Below are positions 51,227 through 64,000 of a DNA stretch of 64,000 bases, piece after piece (position 1 is the first letter of the stretch; each line of letters starts with the position of its first letter). The stretch spans positions 2,046,001 to 2,110,000 of the forward strand of contig NC_043013.1 in NCBI RefSeq assembly GCF_006345805.1, written 5' to 3'. A program made the position numbers and the translations under genes. The notes under the pieces are model-generated. The model ran no database searches. It was not told where the DNA came from and saw only the letters and a list, made by a program, of their open reading frames with translations. This DNA comes from Octopus sinensis (lineage: Eukaryota).

Positions 51227-51802
51227 CTGTTTTAGAAAAATTGAGGAATTGTTTAAAGTCAGCAAGAACTCTAATCATTATTGTTATTGTTGCTGATATC
51301 ATCATCATCATCATCATTGGTTCTCACTCTGTATGCGTATGTTTTTATTTTGCTCTGCAGACAGACCATATTTACAGCATTAGCAAATGAACTTTTTTCA
51401 GGAGTGTTTGCTAAAAAGGATTATAATACTCTGAAGAAAACCTGCTCTCAATACCTGGGAATAGACATTTAAAAACATTTGTTTTTATTGACTTTTCCTT
51501 ATTTATTTACATGCACAACAACTTCATTCTATCAAACAGAATTGGAACTCAGGGTGCAATGGCACACAAATAAATATAGCAGGGCATTTAATCCCTCACT
51601 GCACTGTTGCTGTCACTTGTGACTCTTCAAAGATAATAACAATCCTTTCTACTAAAGGCACAAGGCCTGAAATTTGACCCCAGTGTTTCACAAGTACTTA
51701 TTTACCAACCCCCAAAAGGATGAAAGACAAAGTCAACTGCAGCGGAATTTGAACTCAAAATGTAGCAGCAGACAAAATATCGCTAAGCATAATAATAATA
51801 AT

Positions 51803-52065
51803 AAATCAGACAAAAAAGATATGTTTATCAATTGACATGAGTATTCCTTGCGATCACAATATAGCGGCGAAAGAATTTGACAAGATTAGTAAATATAAAG
51901 ACTTGCTAAGAGAAATTGAAAAAAATGTGGCATCTCTAGGAATGATAAAAAAAAGGTACTGAAACCTATTTGAAAATGATACCAGGCTTACCATCCCTAA
52001 AGGAAGTGCAAAAAATCGTGTTAACTGGAACAATTCATGTACTGGGAAGAGTATTATCGCTGTGA
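51803..52065 (+). mobile_element. 3' fragment of an RLE-type (R4/Dong-like) non-LTR retrotransposon
   Basis: ICLSIDMSIPCDHNIAAKEFDKISKYKDL...IPGLPSLKEVQKIVLTGTIHVLGRVL*; preceded by (TAA)n. Confidence 0.7.
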
Positions 52066-52314
52066 AAACAACATCCATTCATGAATTTATTTATTTATTA
52101 ATTTTTTAAATACATATTTTACCTGTGAATTTGCGTGTGTAATCTGGGAATGCATACAATGAGCTTCTCTGCTCTAGGTGTATGGATAACACTCGGCGAG
52201 AAACGGAAGAAAATTTGAAGAAAGAAGGAAAAAATAATAATAATAACAATAACAACAACAACAATAATAGCATCGTCAACAATAACAATAATAATAATAA
52301 TAGTCACTACAGAC

Positions 52315-52534
52315 CTTTGCAATGATCAATTTTATCATAAAAGAGATGGATTCCACTGTTAAGTAGCAAGTTTTTCCATATCAATGTCAGTGCAAGTTGG
52401 CGTAAACGATGATGAAATGGTCCTAAGTAACTGGTAAGACCAGCAGCCATTGCGGTCATTCCTGTAATCCCTTCAACTCGGTGCTCAAATACATTGATGG
52501 CATTTTCCAACTTGTTTTTCTCATCCTTCAGAAT
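52315..52534 (-). CDS. Dynein heavy chain exon (stalk end / AAA5)
   Basis: ILKDEKNKLENA...AAGLTSYLGPFHHRLRQL...W (SYLGPF motif); phase 0->1. Confidence 0.9.
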
Positions 52535-52934
52535 CTAGTGAATATATCAAGGTTAAGATTAGTTCTATATCAGAATATACTTTTAGCTTGGCTCTAGAAC
52601 TATCCGTGGGGTCATAAACCCTTAGGGAAAAACATGTGAATTACGACACCTGAAAGATTATGATTTCAGCTGAATAGAGTCATATTCAGTTTTTGTACAG
52701 TTAGAACCATATAAGCTCACATAGTTTGAGTATATATTTTGGTTTAGAGACGTCATTTACATGATGAGCAATAGGGGAAATGTTTGTTAATATTTCTAAT
52801 GCATAAAACATTAAAAATCTGAAGTAGAATAAAATATGCAGTGAGAAAAAAAAACCCGTTTCAATTAATTACAAATTTTTCTCTTCTTTTATTATGCAGG
52901 AAACAACTCTAGATGGTGTATAAATCATGAGTAT

Positions 52935-53390
52935 CAAATGTAATGAATTCTACATTAGAAGAATCATCAGACAAGTAGCCATAAAGAAAAACTGTTTCTT
53001 AATGCTCTTTCTGTCAAAAAACGCAGTTAGAAATGTCATGCCCAAGATAGCCAAGTTTCCATTGAAGCTACGGAACGAAACATTGGAAACTTAAGAATAG
53101 AGGAAACCATCTTAATTAGCAAGACCAACCCACAAATCAATAACAGAACCAAAGTGCGTGTAGCTGATTGACTACTATAACAATGCAAGGTGGCTCCTCA
53201 AAAATACACACTATAAAACAGAAAAGTCAGCTCATGATACCATTTCTCCAAGGATTTCCTGATGATGGGGTCCCAATGCTGAAACATTGATATACAAGGT
53301 AAAAATATAAATCATTGACTTGTATTATGTCTTACAAATTGCATTGTTTTGGCTTTATAAAAACATATATAGACATTTATATGAATCAAT
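52935..53390 (+). mobile_element. Decayed Penelope-like 3' fragment (GIY-YIG C-terminus plus repeat)
   Basis: KCNEFYI...NLRIEETILISKTNPQINN; then ctgatga...gaaac at 53259-53285 and a T-rich tail. Confidence 0.6.
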
Positions 53391-54173
53391 GCTCTATGCA
53401 ATCTATGCAACTCTACGCATATTTCTACCTTATTTGGGTCTCATTAAGCATTACATAATTTCAGTATAAATTGTTAAGTTGTAGTAAATGAATCAATGTA
53501 TGAACTAGAATTTGGTAAAAAAGAAGTAATTTTGAGGAGCCATTCACCCAATAAACAGTAGATAAGTAGCTGCCAGCATATTTAATGGAAAAGCCATAAA
53601 GATATGAATAAAATATATGGTTCATTAAAACTACGTAAACTATATGGAGAGAAAAACTCATTAATCAATAAATAACACAATTTACTTATTTTCAGCCATG
53701 AGCAGACATAGGTTTTGCAGATACCATATAAGAAAAAAAACATTACATAACATCACACTATATACCAAAAATTATTTTAGAGAAAGACTAGAAATATATT
53801 CATATGTATAAAATGTGTCATATTATGTAAAAATGTAGGGGTGTGTTTATGTGTGTGTCTATGAATACATATACATTATATATATAATATATACATATAT
53901 ATATATATATATTGTATTGTATTGTATTGTAAAAAAAAAAAAAACCCCAATAATAATTTAACATATATATATATATATATATATATTGTATACATACATA
54001 TATTATATGTATACAGTATATAAGTATATAAGTATGCATGTGCATATATGTATATATATATAGTTATAAAAACGGTAAGATAACAGAAAAAAAAAGAAAG
54101 AGACCTCGATAATATGTAAACAGAGGAAATTATCTGTATATATATATAGATAAAGTATATAAGTATGTATGTG

Positions 54174-54204
<31 letters not shown>

Positions 54205-54448
54205 GTATGTACATACATGCATACGTACATACTAACATATACATATATGTGTGTGTATGTGTATACATGTACATATATATATGCATGTATCAGGCATGGG
54301 TCTGTGGTAAAAAGTTTGCTTCCTAACAACATGGTTCCAGTTTCAGTTCCACTGCATGGCCCCTTGAACAGGTGTCTTCCACTATAGCCTCAAGCTGATT
54401 AAAATCTTGTGAGTGAAATTGGTAAACAGAAACTGAAAGAAACCTACC

Positions 54449-54484
<36 letters not shown>

Positions 54485-54519
54485 GAAGGTTTGAAAATGC
54501 AATTTTAAAAGATGTTTAT

Positions 54520-54564
54520 TTACTTTACCGGTTTCACTCTTTAGAAAAAGATTGTCAAAAGTAA
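54520..54564 (-). ncRNA. Second U3-A8 hammerhead motif (stem II damaged)
   Basis: Minus strand: ttactt|TTGACAA|tcttt-ttct-aaaga-gt|GAAA|ccgGTA|aagtaa; 6-bp perfect stem I. Confidence 0.6.
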
Positions 54565-54792
54565 CATGTAAAAGTTTGGTTGTGTTAATTATTGGTTGTC
54601 ACAAAATGCTACAATACATATATACAGTCTTTGGTAACAAGAACATGTTAAGGACTCTTCCCAGGCACAACAGAATATGCTTCAATACACAAACTCATAT
54701 AAAGAATCTTGCAAACCAAATCCAAAAACGAAATACATTCAACAAATAATTTCAATAATTCTTTCTATTAAATATTTTCTTTTAATACTCAC

Positions 54793-54918
54793 AGTCATTA
54801 TTTTAGGAGAATCGAATAGGAATTTATCAATGTTCTGTAAAGAGATTTCATGTTTTTGAGCTGACAGAGAAGCTTCTTGGAAATTGTGAGTGAGCTTAGC
54901 TTTACAGGTGTGTAATTT
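54793..54918 (-). CDS. Dynein heavy chain exon (stalk coiled coil 2)
   Basis: KLHTCKAKLTHNFQEAS...; ttccag / gtgagt; phase 0->0. Confidence 0.85.
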
Positions 54919-56038
54919 CTGGAAAAAAAAAAAGCTTTAAGAAACTGTCATCATCATTATTGTCTTCATCAACACCATTACCACCACCACCACCACCACC
55001 ACCTCCATTGGAAGAAACAACAACAAGAGAGCAGATGCATTGGACAATAAAAAAGATGTGATGGTTGCAGTTGGAGTACCTTTCATGATAGATGCATTTA
55101 ATCAGGACTAACCTTAAGTAAAACAAAAACAGTAACAACAACCACAACTTCTACCCTCTCCTCTAATACTGGCAACATCACAGCTACCATCACAATTAGC
55201 AGCAACTCTGTCATAGGCCCCATGGCTAGTGGATTGGCAGCACAGTTAAAGTGTTGAGTATTAGTTTCAGCTCTTTAGGTTCTCAGTTCAAATCCCATTG
55301 AGGTCAACTTTACCATTGTTCTTCTCAGTGGGAATAAAATGAAGCGGCAGCTTACCTTTATTATGCAATGACAAAGAAACAATAATTAAAGATAAAAATT
55401 CCTGAATGCTCAGTAAAAACCTCACAGGAAGAAGAGGTTAAAAAAATCACAGAAAAGAAAAGCCTCAACATAGAACAATGAGGATGACTAGTGACCGAGA
55501 CCTTTGGCAATATGTTGGCTTGAGAAGACCTGTCAAGCCAAGCGAAATCATAGTTGTTGCTGTTGTCAATGTCACGTAACTGGCTATCGTACTGGTGGCA
55601 CATAAAAAGCACCTTTCAAGTGTTGGGTCTCATGGAGGCAATGTGGTCAATGCTGGTGTCGCATAACTAGCACTTGTGCCAGTGGAACATAAAAAGTACC
55701 TTCCAAGCACGGGGCCTCAAGGTGGCAATGACAAATGACCGAGACCTTTGGCAATATGCTGTGCTTGGGAAGGTAAACCCATCAAGGTAAATGAAATCAC
55801 AGTTGTGGCTGGTGCTGGTGTCATGCAACTGGCATCTGTGCCAGTGACACATAAAAGTACCCATTACACTCTCGGAATGGTTGGCATTAGGAAGAGCATC
55901 CAGCTGCAAAAACCATGCAAAATCAGACTGGAGTCTGGTGCAGCCCTTCAGCTTACCAGCCCTGGTCAAATTGTCCAACCCATGCCGACATGAACTACGG
56001 ACGCTAAATGATGATGATGATATGTATATCCACACAAA

Positions 56039-56270
56039 GGGTGGCGAGCTGGCAGAAACGTTAGCACGCTGGGCTAAATGCGTAGCCGTATTCGTCTGCC
56101 GTTACGTTCAAAGTTCAAATTCCGCCGAGGTAGACTTTGCCTTTCATCCTTCCGGGGTCGATAAATTAAGTACCAGTTACGCACTGGGGTCGATGTAATC
56201 GACTTAATCTCTCTGTCTGTCCTTGTTTGTCTCCTCTGTGTTTAGCCCCTTGTGGGTAGTAAATAAATAT
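56039..56270 (+). mobile_element. SINE family B, near full length
   Basis: ggcgagctggcagaaacgttagc...gttcaaattccgccgagg head. Confidence 0.85.
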
Positions 56271-56384
56271 AGATATGTATATCTATGTGTGTATATGTCT
56301 GTCTCAAAAGCCAATATTAATTATATATGGTTAAATCCTGAACTAAAATAAATATCATGTATGTTGTAAATTTTAGTTGGTTAC

Positions 56385-56499
56385 CTTGAGTTTATCTTTG
56401 AATGTATTTAACTGTTTCTCTGCTTCAGCTATAAATGAAACAGTTTCTTTGACTTTCTCATGCAGCGGCTTCACTTTCTTCATCATTGTTGTGTTATAG
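56385..56499 (-). CDS. Dynein heavy chain exon (stalk coiled coil 2)
   Basis: YNTTMMKKVKPLHEKVKE...; atcag / gtaacc; phase 2->0. Confidence 0.88.
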
Positions 56500-57737
56500 C
56501 TGATACGCAAATTCCATAAAAGGAGAGGAAAATATATGTTGATTAATTTGGTGCCATAGGATCAGATCTGAAGCATCATGACTGATTAATTGTTGCAGAA
56601 TATTGACTTTGGGGAAGAATGATTATTGAAAAATAATTACAATTGATTGATTTTTAAACATGAACCCTTAATGAATTATTCCCTAGTATTTTGAAGAAAA
56701 AAAAGTTATTTCAAAGAATTTGAATTAAAAATTCTTGATATTTAGGGAGTGATTTCCAAATTGGTGTTTCTAAAATTAAATTTATCTAAGAATATGCAAT
56801 TATTAAACCTGGCTAAATCTTTTATCACTTTGAATACCATAAGTATCACAGGTGGCTTCTATGATACAGAACGAATATATTTGTTTTGTACTATGGAATG
56901 CACTGGTGATACCTATGCTGTATATCAATGTGGTACTAGAACATATAAATGGTTAAAAAATTAGAGAAATCAAAAAAATGTGTAATTTATAACAAAATTA
57001 GACTATTAGTGCAAAAAAAAAGGGTATGACACAAAATGGACAAAGTGTTAAAATAAACTTGATTCCATACTGAAACAGAAATTGTTCCCATTCTTTTATC
57101 ATTCAGGTATCCTTTAAACCAAAGAGATGAAGCTTGACATATAGCTTTACAATGGCTACTAAAACAATATGGTAAGGTAGAGCCTTTTGAGGAGATGATC
57201 TTTTCAAAATTTTAGGGAGTAGTGAAGTCATTTGTTTATTAAGGAGGAGCACAACAGACAACTTTTGGCTCCTCCTTGGCTCTGTGTACTCCAGATTGAT
57301 GTACCATGTTACACCCTCCCCTCTTATAGGTTAGGTTGGTAGGTGTTGCATATTCATGCAATTTGCATCTATAAAATTCCACTCATAAAGCATTGATCAA
57401 CTCAAGGCCATGATAGAAAATTATTTTCTCAAAGAACTGCACAGGAATTGAACCCAAATCTGTTTTTGTGAAGCAAACTACTTAAGCATACAATATTTTC
57501 TAGACCCATTTTCCCTCGATTTCCCCAGTTAAAACTTGTGTGATTAACTGGTCAGAATCAGAGCCTGACTCCTTCTCTAGCAACACTTAATCCAATGCTT
57601 TCACTTATATCTGCAAAAGAGGCATGATTGTCTCTTCATCTGGAATCCTTAGAATACATATATTTCCAACTGATTTACATGCATCTCATCTATTGTTATC
57701 TACTCTACTTCAAACAAACACCGTAGACATATATATA

Positions 57738-58150
57738 TATTAGAGGGAAACCACTATGTGGACACCCATATGCTAGAAATAGATCCGCTACGGTCTCACC
57801 ACTAAGAAATGTTCTCAAGAAAAATTTAGCAAAACAACCAAAATGTAATCGAACAAGACAAAAGAAAAAGTAATAAAAATATTTTACGAATAATCCATTT
57901 TTTATTACTTTTTCTTTTGTCTTGCTCGATTACATTTTGGTTGTTTTGCTAAATTTTTCTTGAGAACATTTCTTAGTGGTGAGACCGTAGCGGATCTATT
58001 TCTAGCATATGGGTGTCCACATAGTGGTTTCCCTCTAATACGTATATAATACAATTTTACTGAACCGTCAGTTTTTTTTATCTGCTAGACCACTGGTGTA
58101 AAATCGATGTTAACTAAATTAATATCTAATTTCTCACCCTCATTTGAAAT
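57738..58150 (+). mobile_element. (TA)n-flanked foldback element: 142-bp inverted arms plus tail
   Basis: Arms 57738-57879 and 57899-58040 with one mismatch and a 19-nt loop; tail resembles that of 2092-2368. Confidence 0.8.
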
Positions 58151-59519
58151 ATATATATATATATATATATGTTGCTAAGATAGGTCATATTTAGGAGAGT
58201 GTCAACTGGAAACTAATTTCTTTGGTCACTTTTTGTTTTAAAGCATCACATTAAATTCTAACTAAATTAAATATCTGTTGCCTTGGTGGATTTAGTCACT
58301 AACTTTGGTTTTCTTCTTCATTTCAGTTGTTTTCTTTCTTTTTTTTCCATAATCTCAAATTACTCTTTTTTTTATCTTATTTTATTCCCCTACTTCAAAT
58401 GTTCTTGCTGATCTCTCTCTCCCCCTCTCTCTCTCTCTCTCTCGGTCTCTTTTGTCTGACCCTTTTGTCAAACTTTACTACTTGTTCTGACCCTTTCTCC
58501 CTCTGTTCAGTCTCCTCCCACTAACCCACATTTCACTTTCAATTACTTCATTACATCTGTTAAACTATCATATTCTTTCATTCTCTGATGAAGTGATTTG
58601 CCTGAAGAATCACATCACCCCCATCAATAATGCCCATGTTACATACTGGCATGGGTTGGATGATTTGACAGGATCCAGTGCATCTAAGAACTGCATCATG
58701 CTCCAATACCAGCTTTGGAATGGTTTCTATGGCTGGGTGCCCCCACTAATACCAACCACTGAGGGTTATTTTTTTTCCATATCCCCAGCACTACTGAGAT
58801 CATCATGCAACTTTGGTGGACCAGTTAAGTTGACACATTAGGAATAAGTTAAAATCTTATTTACTATTTTACAGCAACTTTTAGAAAAGTTTCTTACTTT
58901 ATTCAGTCAATCTAACTTCATGATTGATTGGAATTAAAAAGCATTAATTCCACCAGTTTATGTAAATGTTCAAAACTTTGCAAATATGAATTGGAATTAT
59001 TTTTTTACTTGTTTGACTGCGGTGCTGCTGGAGCACCACCTTTCAGTCGAGCAAATCAACCCCAGAACTTATTATTTGTAAGCCTAGCACTTATTCTTTC
59101 AGTCTCTTTTTGCCGAACCGCTATGTTATGGGGACATAAACGCACCAGCATCGGATGTCAAATGATGTTTGGTGGTGGTGGTGGAGGGACACACACTGAC
59201 ACACACATACATATACGATGGGCTTCTTTCAGTTTCCATCTACCAAATCCACTCACAAGGTTTTGGTTGGCCCGAGGCTATAGTAGAAGACATTTACTTG
59301 CCCAAGGTGCCACGCAGTGTGACTGAACCCAGAACCATGTGGTTGGTAAGCAAGCTACTTAACACACAGCCACTAAAAAAAAATAATGTTTTATCACAAA
59401 GAAGGATTTTCAACTTTAAAAACTAATTTGGAAACACAGAAATATCTACTTGTAGACAGATTCAAATATAATCTTCGTTAATTTAATGCAGAAAGGAGAT
59501 TTAAAAGAAATATACATAC

Positions 59520-59690
59520 TTTGTAACATTAATTACCCATTGACACAAAATTTTACAAGATGAATTTCCAGCCGAAATTTTATCAATATATTCTGGATTA
59601 AAGTTTTCCTTCTTAACATAATCCTGCAATATTTCTAGATGTGACAAAGACACTGTGTAATCATCAAATGTCATTAGTTCCCCAATGAAC
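59520..59690 (-). CDS. Dynein heavy chain exon (microtubule-binding domain)
   Basis: FIGELMTFD...FNPEYIDKISAGNSSCKILCQWV; phase 2->2. Confidence 0.92.
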
Positions 59691-60289
59691 CTAATAATTG
59701 AAAGAATCGACATTCAAGAATTAGATGTTTTTTGAGTTTTATTTTGCAACTTTTCAATATATTAAAAATAGGAATAAAAAATATTAGTTTATGTATAGAC
59801 TCAAGGAAGAGAGAGAGGGACGGGGATAGACAGAGAAAGAAAGAAAGAAAGAAAAAAAGAGAGAGATGGGAGCAGAAGAAGCTCAGTGAAATGGAACTGT
59901 ACAGTCCATAGATCTGTTTTAAGAAACTGATTTAGGTAGAGACAGTTTGTGGATATTGGACAGAAGAATCATGGTTTATAGACAATCATCATCAATACCA
60001 TAATCATCATCTTTCTAACATAACAGTCGTGATGCACGTTTGCATATTTCGGTATTCCAAAATTGCATGTAGATATTATAATTGTCTGAAGCATGCATAA
60101 GAGTTGGAAAACACTGGAAAATTGTATTTGCATAGTGATCACGTATCGGAACAGGAGACAGGAAAAAACTTTGGTATTATTTATTTACCATTACATGTTT
60201 CAAAAGTGTACATGAAAGAAAAACATCTAAGGTAGCTCCTATTACAATTTCTTCAGTCAGAAAATCAAATAATATATATATATATAGTC

Positions 60290-60490
60290 GCCATGATAGA
60301 TCATTAGCCACTACACACATTTTTTTCTCTCCTTATTTCTCTCCTTGTTTTTTCTGTGTCCCTTTCTGTAGAAGAGCATAGGCTCAAAATGTAAAAGACT
60401 TTTTCTATTCCTGAGCGTTATACTAATACAATTGTTTGTTTGTACTCCACCTGCCTTCGTCTTTTGTTTATTTTCATAAAGCTTCGCGTT
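60290..60490 (+). mobile_element. (TA)n-flanked element with a hammerhead-like variant motif
   Basis: cttt|ctgtagaa|gagc-atag-gctc|aaaa|tGTA|aaag at 60362-60397; tail shared with 25545-25630. Confidence 0.5.
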
Positions 60491-60495
60491 ATATA

Positions 60496-60534
<39 letters not shown>

Positions 60535-61305
60535 TTTACTTGTTTCAGTCATTAGACTGTGGCCATGCTGGGGCACTACCCTCAAGAGTTCTTAGCTGAA
60601 TGAATCAACCCCAGTACTGTTTTTCAAGCCTGGTACTTATTCTATTGGCTAATTTTGCCAAACTGCTTAGTTATGGGGATGTAAACCCACCAACACCAGT
60701 TGTGAAGCAGCGGTGGGGGACAAACACAGACACAAAGATACACACACACACATACATATATACGTCAGGTTTCTTTCAGTTTCTGTCTACAAAACCCACT
60801 CGCAAGGCTTTGGTCTGCCCAAGGATAAAGTAGAAGACACTTGTCCAAGATATCATGCAGTGGGACTGAGCCTAGAACCATGTGGTTGGGAAGCAAGCTT
60901 CTTAGCACAGAGCCATGCCTGCACTTGTGTGTGTGTATGTATGCATGTATGTATATATACATGTATGCATGTATGTATATGTATATGTATATATACTCTG
61001 TGAGTGTAGTGGGTGCTTTTAAGTGCCACCGGCACAGGTGCCAGGCAAGGCTGGCAACAGCCAAGATCGGTAAAAAGCATTACTCGATCATGGCCATTGC
61101 CAGCCTCGCTTGGCACCTGTGCTGGTGGCACGTAAAAAGCACCCACTACACTCATGGAGTAGTTGACGTTAGGAAGGGCATCCAGCTGTAGAAACAATGC
61201 CAGATCAGACTGGAGCCTGGTGCAACCTCCTGGCTTCCCAGACACCAGTTGAACCGTCCAACCCATGCTAGCATGGAAAACGGACGTTAAATGATGATGA
61301 TGATG

Positions 61306-61337
<32 letters not shown>

Positions 61338-61930
61338 GTGCTATGTGTGTGTCTTTTCTAGAGACCTCTAGCAAACAAATCTGTAATTGTATCTGGTATT
61401 AGACTTTCAGACTATTGAATTACACAACTCATCAGCCATTCTAAAAGAAAATAGAATTACATGCATTACCAGATTAATTATAACAGTAATCTCATCATAA
61501 ACATTAACCTCACCTATGTTCAGCACTAAAGAATACAATATGTCCAAAAAAACATTTTAATCAATAAATTAGGAAGAAAGTCTTATAGTTGTTTGCAATG
61601 AATTATTAATTAAAGCAATATTATGTAATACCAAATCAAAACAGGTTGTCTGTTTTCCAATTAATTTCGAAATTCATCATCATCATCATCATTATCATCA
61701 TTATCCTCATCCTTTAACGTCTGTTTTCCAGTGTTAAGTAGAAATAACTTAATTTTAAGCTGGTGTTGAGAACATAACTTGACAAAAGTTCCCTAAACGA
61801 AATTATGATGGAAGCCTTTAATTTAGATATAAAGATTTTAAAACTGGATAGCTTTTTTTATCACAGAACCCCAAGTGATCTCAGAGTGGATGAAACAGAA
61901 GGATTAATAAAGAGATAAAATGTAAGATAC

Positions 61931-61997
61931 CTTTCTAAGTTAGCCATTAGTCGTTTGGCCCCTTTGTACCATGTTAGTTCTGATGTGGAAGATTTAA
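61931..61997 (-). CDS. Dynein heavy chain exon (microtubule-binding domain); the gene continues beyond the window
   Basis: KSSTSELTWYKGAKRLMANLER (L.W..AK motif); ttacag / gtatct; phase 1->2. Confidence 0.85.
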
Positions 61998-63521
61998 CTG
62001 TAAAATATGAAAATCAAAATTAGCATAAAAATATTTTTAAGCATTACATCAATAGGGAAAAATAATTTTGCCATTACAAATGTGTAAATTTATACACTTA
62101 CACTAGGCCTAAAATTATACCCATTCAGCTCAAAACCTTCATAACACTTTTTGGCACCTTCAGAGGAACATGTTCTGTCACAAGCTCTCAAACTTGGTCT
62201 GAGAACAGTAATTCTCTCTCAGTTGTGAAATTAACTATTAGAGATTAAACAGCAGGAAATATTTCTCAGTGGGGGTAGACCCCTATTTAGTTCAGTTGCC
62301 TAAACATATGGGTAATTTCCTGTGAGGCCTGATATGGAACCTCATTTAGTGTTCCCTGGTAGAATCATTGACATGTGAGGTAAAAATCTCAGTGGTCCTT
62401 ACTTTCTGAGTTCAAATTCTGCTGAGCTCAACTTTGCCTTTCTTCCTTTTAGGGTCAATAAAATAAGTACCAGCTGAGTACAGAGTTGATTTAATCAATT
62501 CACCCCACCCCCTTGAAACTGCTAGTCTTGAGTCAAAATTTGAAGATAATTTTATGTACTGTTCACCCTAGTTCTGGTTCCCCTCTTCAGAGATCAAGCG
62601 GCACTCAGCTGTGATCCATAAGCTTTGATATCCTTTTCTCCCTCAAAGAGCACGCTCTAACATAAAGTCAAAAAATGAAAATGAAAACCTATCTACTGGA
62701 CAATCCTCTCTCACTATACCAGTTTCTGTGAATGCCTGTTCACCTTTCTTACGAGCCACCACCTTCAATATTAACAGAGTATATAAATTTAATGCTCAAA
62801 ACTTCAAATTCTTACAGTAATCTCTGCCCTGATCACATTGAATTTACTTACAATTAAGAAGCAGTAACACATACCACTATCACTTCATTCTGAAGATGAG
62901 ACTATGAAGGGATAGAAATGTTGAAGAAGGACTTTGGGAATTTGTTGTTCTGAACAAACTACAAGGAATTCATGTGAAAATATCAAATAAAAAAAATGTG
63001 TTTTCCAATACAAAGAAATATATTATTAATACAGTGATATATTAGGACTCATCTGAGACCCCCTTCGGTCATGACTGACCATGGGATTGCACCTAGAAAG
63101 TTCCCCTCCCAGGCACAAGTCCGGGCAAGGTTGTTTATGGAAGACTAGCAGCCACCCATGCATACCAGCCTCTCCTCTTCACACCATCCTTGTTATCTGA
63201 GGGAAAGGCAACAGCAGATGCAGCTTGGCACCTGTGATGTCGCAACTCATTTCTACAGCTGAGTGAACTGAAGCAACGTAAAATAAAGTGTCTTGTTCAA
63301 GAACACAACATGCAGCCCAGTCCAGGATTCAAACTCACAACCTCAGGATCATAAGCTTGATGCTCTAACCACTGAGTCATATGCCTTCACTATATTAGAA
63401 CTAGTGTCTTCATTTTGATTGTTATAGTTACAGTATGTCAGCCATTGTGCACTCAGGCCTTCTTCAGATGTCTGCCATATTTGGTAATGTTCTTTGAATT
63501 TCAAACCAAATCCTTTATTAA

Positions 63522-63593
63522 CCCTTTAGCATTCAGATTGTTCTGTCAAATGCAATGCTTATTAATTCACATGACCAGTTTAAATGCTAAAGG
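63522..63593. mobile_element. Tiny piggyBac-like MITE
   Basis: TTAA|CCCTTTAGCATT ... AATGCTAAAGGG|TTAA. Confidence 0.65.
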
Positions 63594-64000
63594 GTTAAAT
63601 CCACTCTCTGATTATCTTCATTCTAGTGTCCATGTCAGAGATTTTATAAGATTAGTTATTCATCATCATCATCATCATTTAACGTCCGTTCTCCATGCTG
63701 GTATGGGTTGGACAGTTTGACAGAGCTGTTTTGGCTCAGTTTCCACAGCTGGATGTTCTTCCTGATGCCAACCACTTTACAGAGTGCAATGGGTGCTTTG
63801 AATGTGACACCAGCACAGGCGCCTTTACATGACACTGGCACAAGCACTCTTATATGGTACAGGTGCTTTACATAGCACCAGCACCCATGAGTCTGCAACA
63901 CTAGGATCTCTCATTCTGTTTTATTAAACATTTTTAAGGAACCAGTATATTTCATGTGCTAATATGTTACCAAGTATTTGTATTCTTCTTTGTTACCTAG

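Noticed and set aside
62100-62200. Possible upstream dynein exon (SSEGAKKC)
   Set aside because: The true W..GAK motif is in exon 61931-61997; no convincing splice sites or similarity here

Overview
AT-rich, microsatellite-dense eukaryotic genomic DNA. The SINE and RTE-LINE families resemble those of octopod cephalopods (inferred, not verified). One gene dominates: a divergent axonemal-type dynein heavy chain on the minus strand. I read 25 GT-AG exons with mutually compatible phases from 61997 down to 8986, covering the stalk/MTBD, AAA5, AAA6 and the C-terminal domain. Two further 3' exons (7295-7416, 3079-3232) could not be phased into the chain, and the 5' part of the gene lies beyond the window. 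Introns and flanks contain two full-length dead mariners, a maT-like fragment, RTE LINE fragments, three SINE families, piggyBac-like MITEs, an R4/Dong-like fragment, a tRNA-Lys pseudogene and Penelope-like elements (PLEs). Highlights: (1) minimal type-I hammerhead ribozyme motifs in the PLE 3' repeat and in (TA)n-embedded non-autonomous foldback elements, including two copies with a compensatory U3-A8 core; (2) an 87-bp RTE-LINE 3' end inserted in frame inside a dynein coding exon; (3) a decayed tandem duplicate of a dynein AAA5 exon; (4) near-perfect intronic hairpins. Exon boundaries and RNA folds were read by hand.
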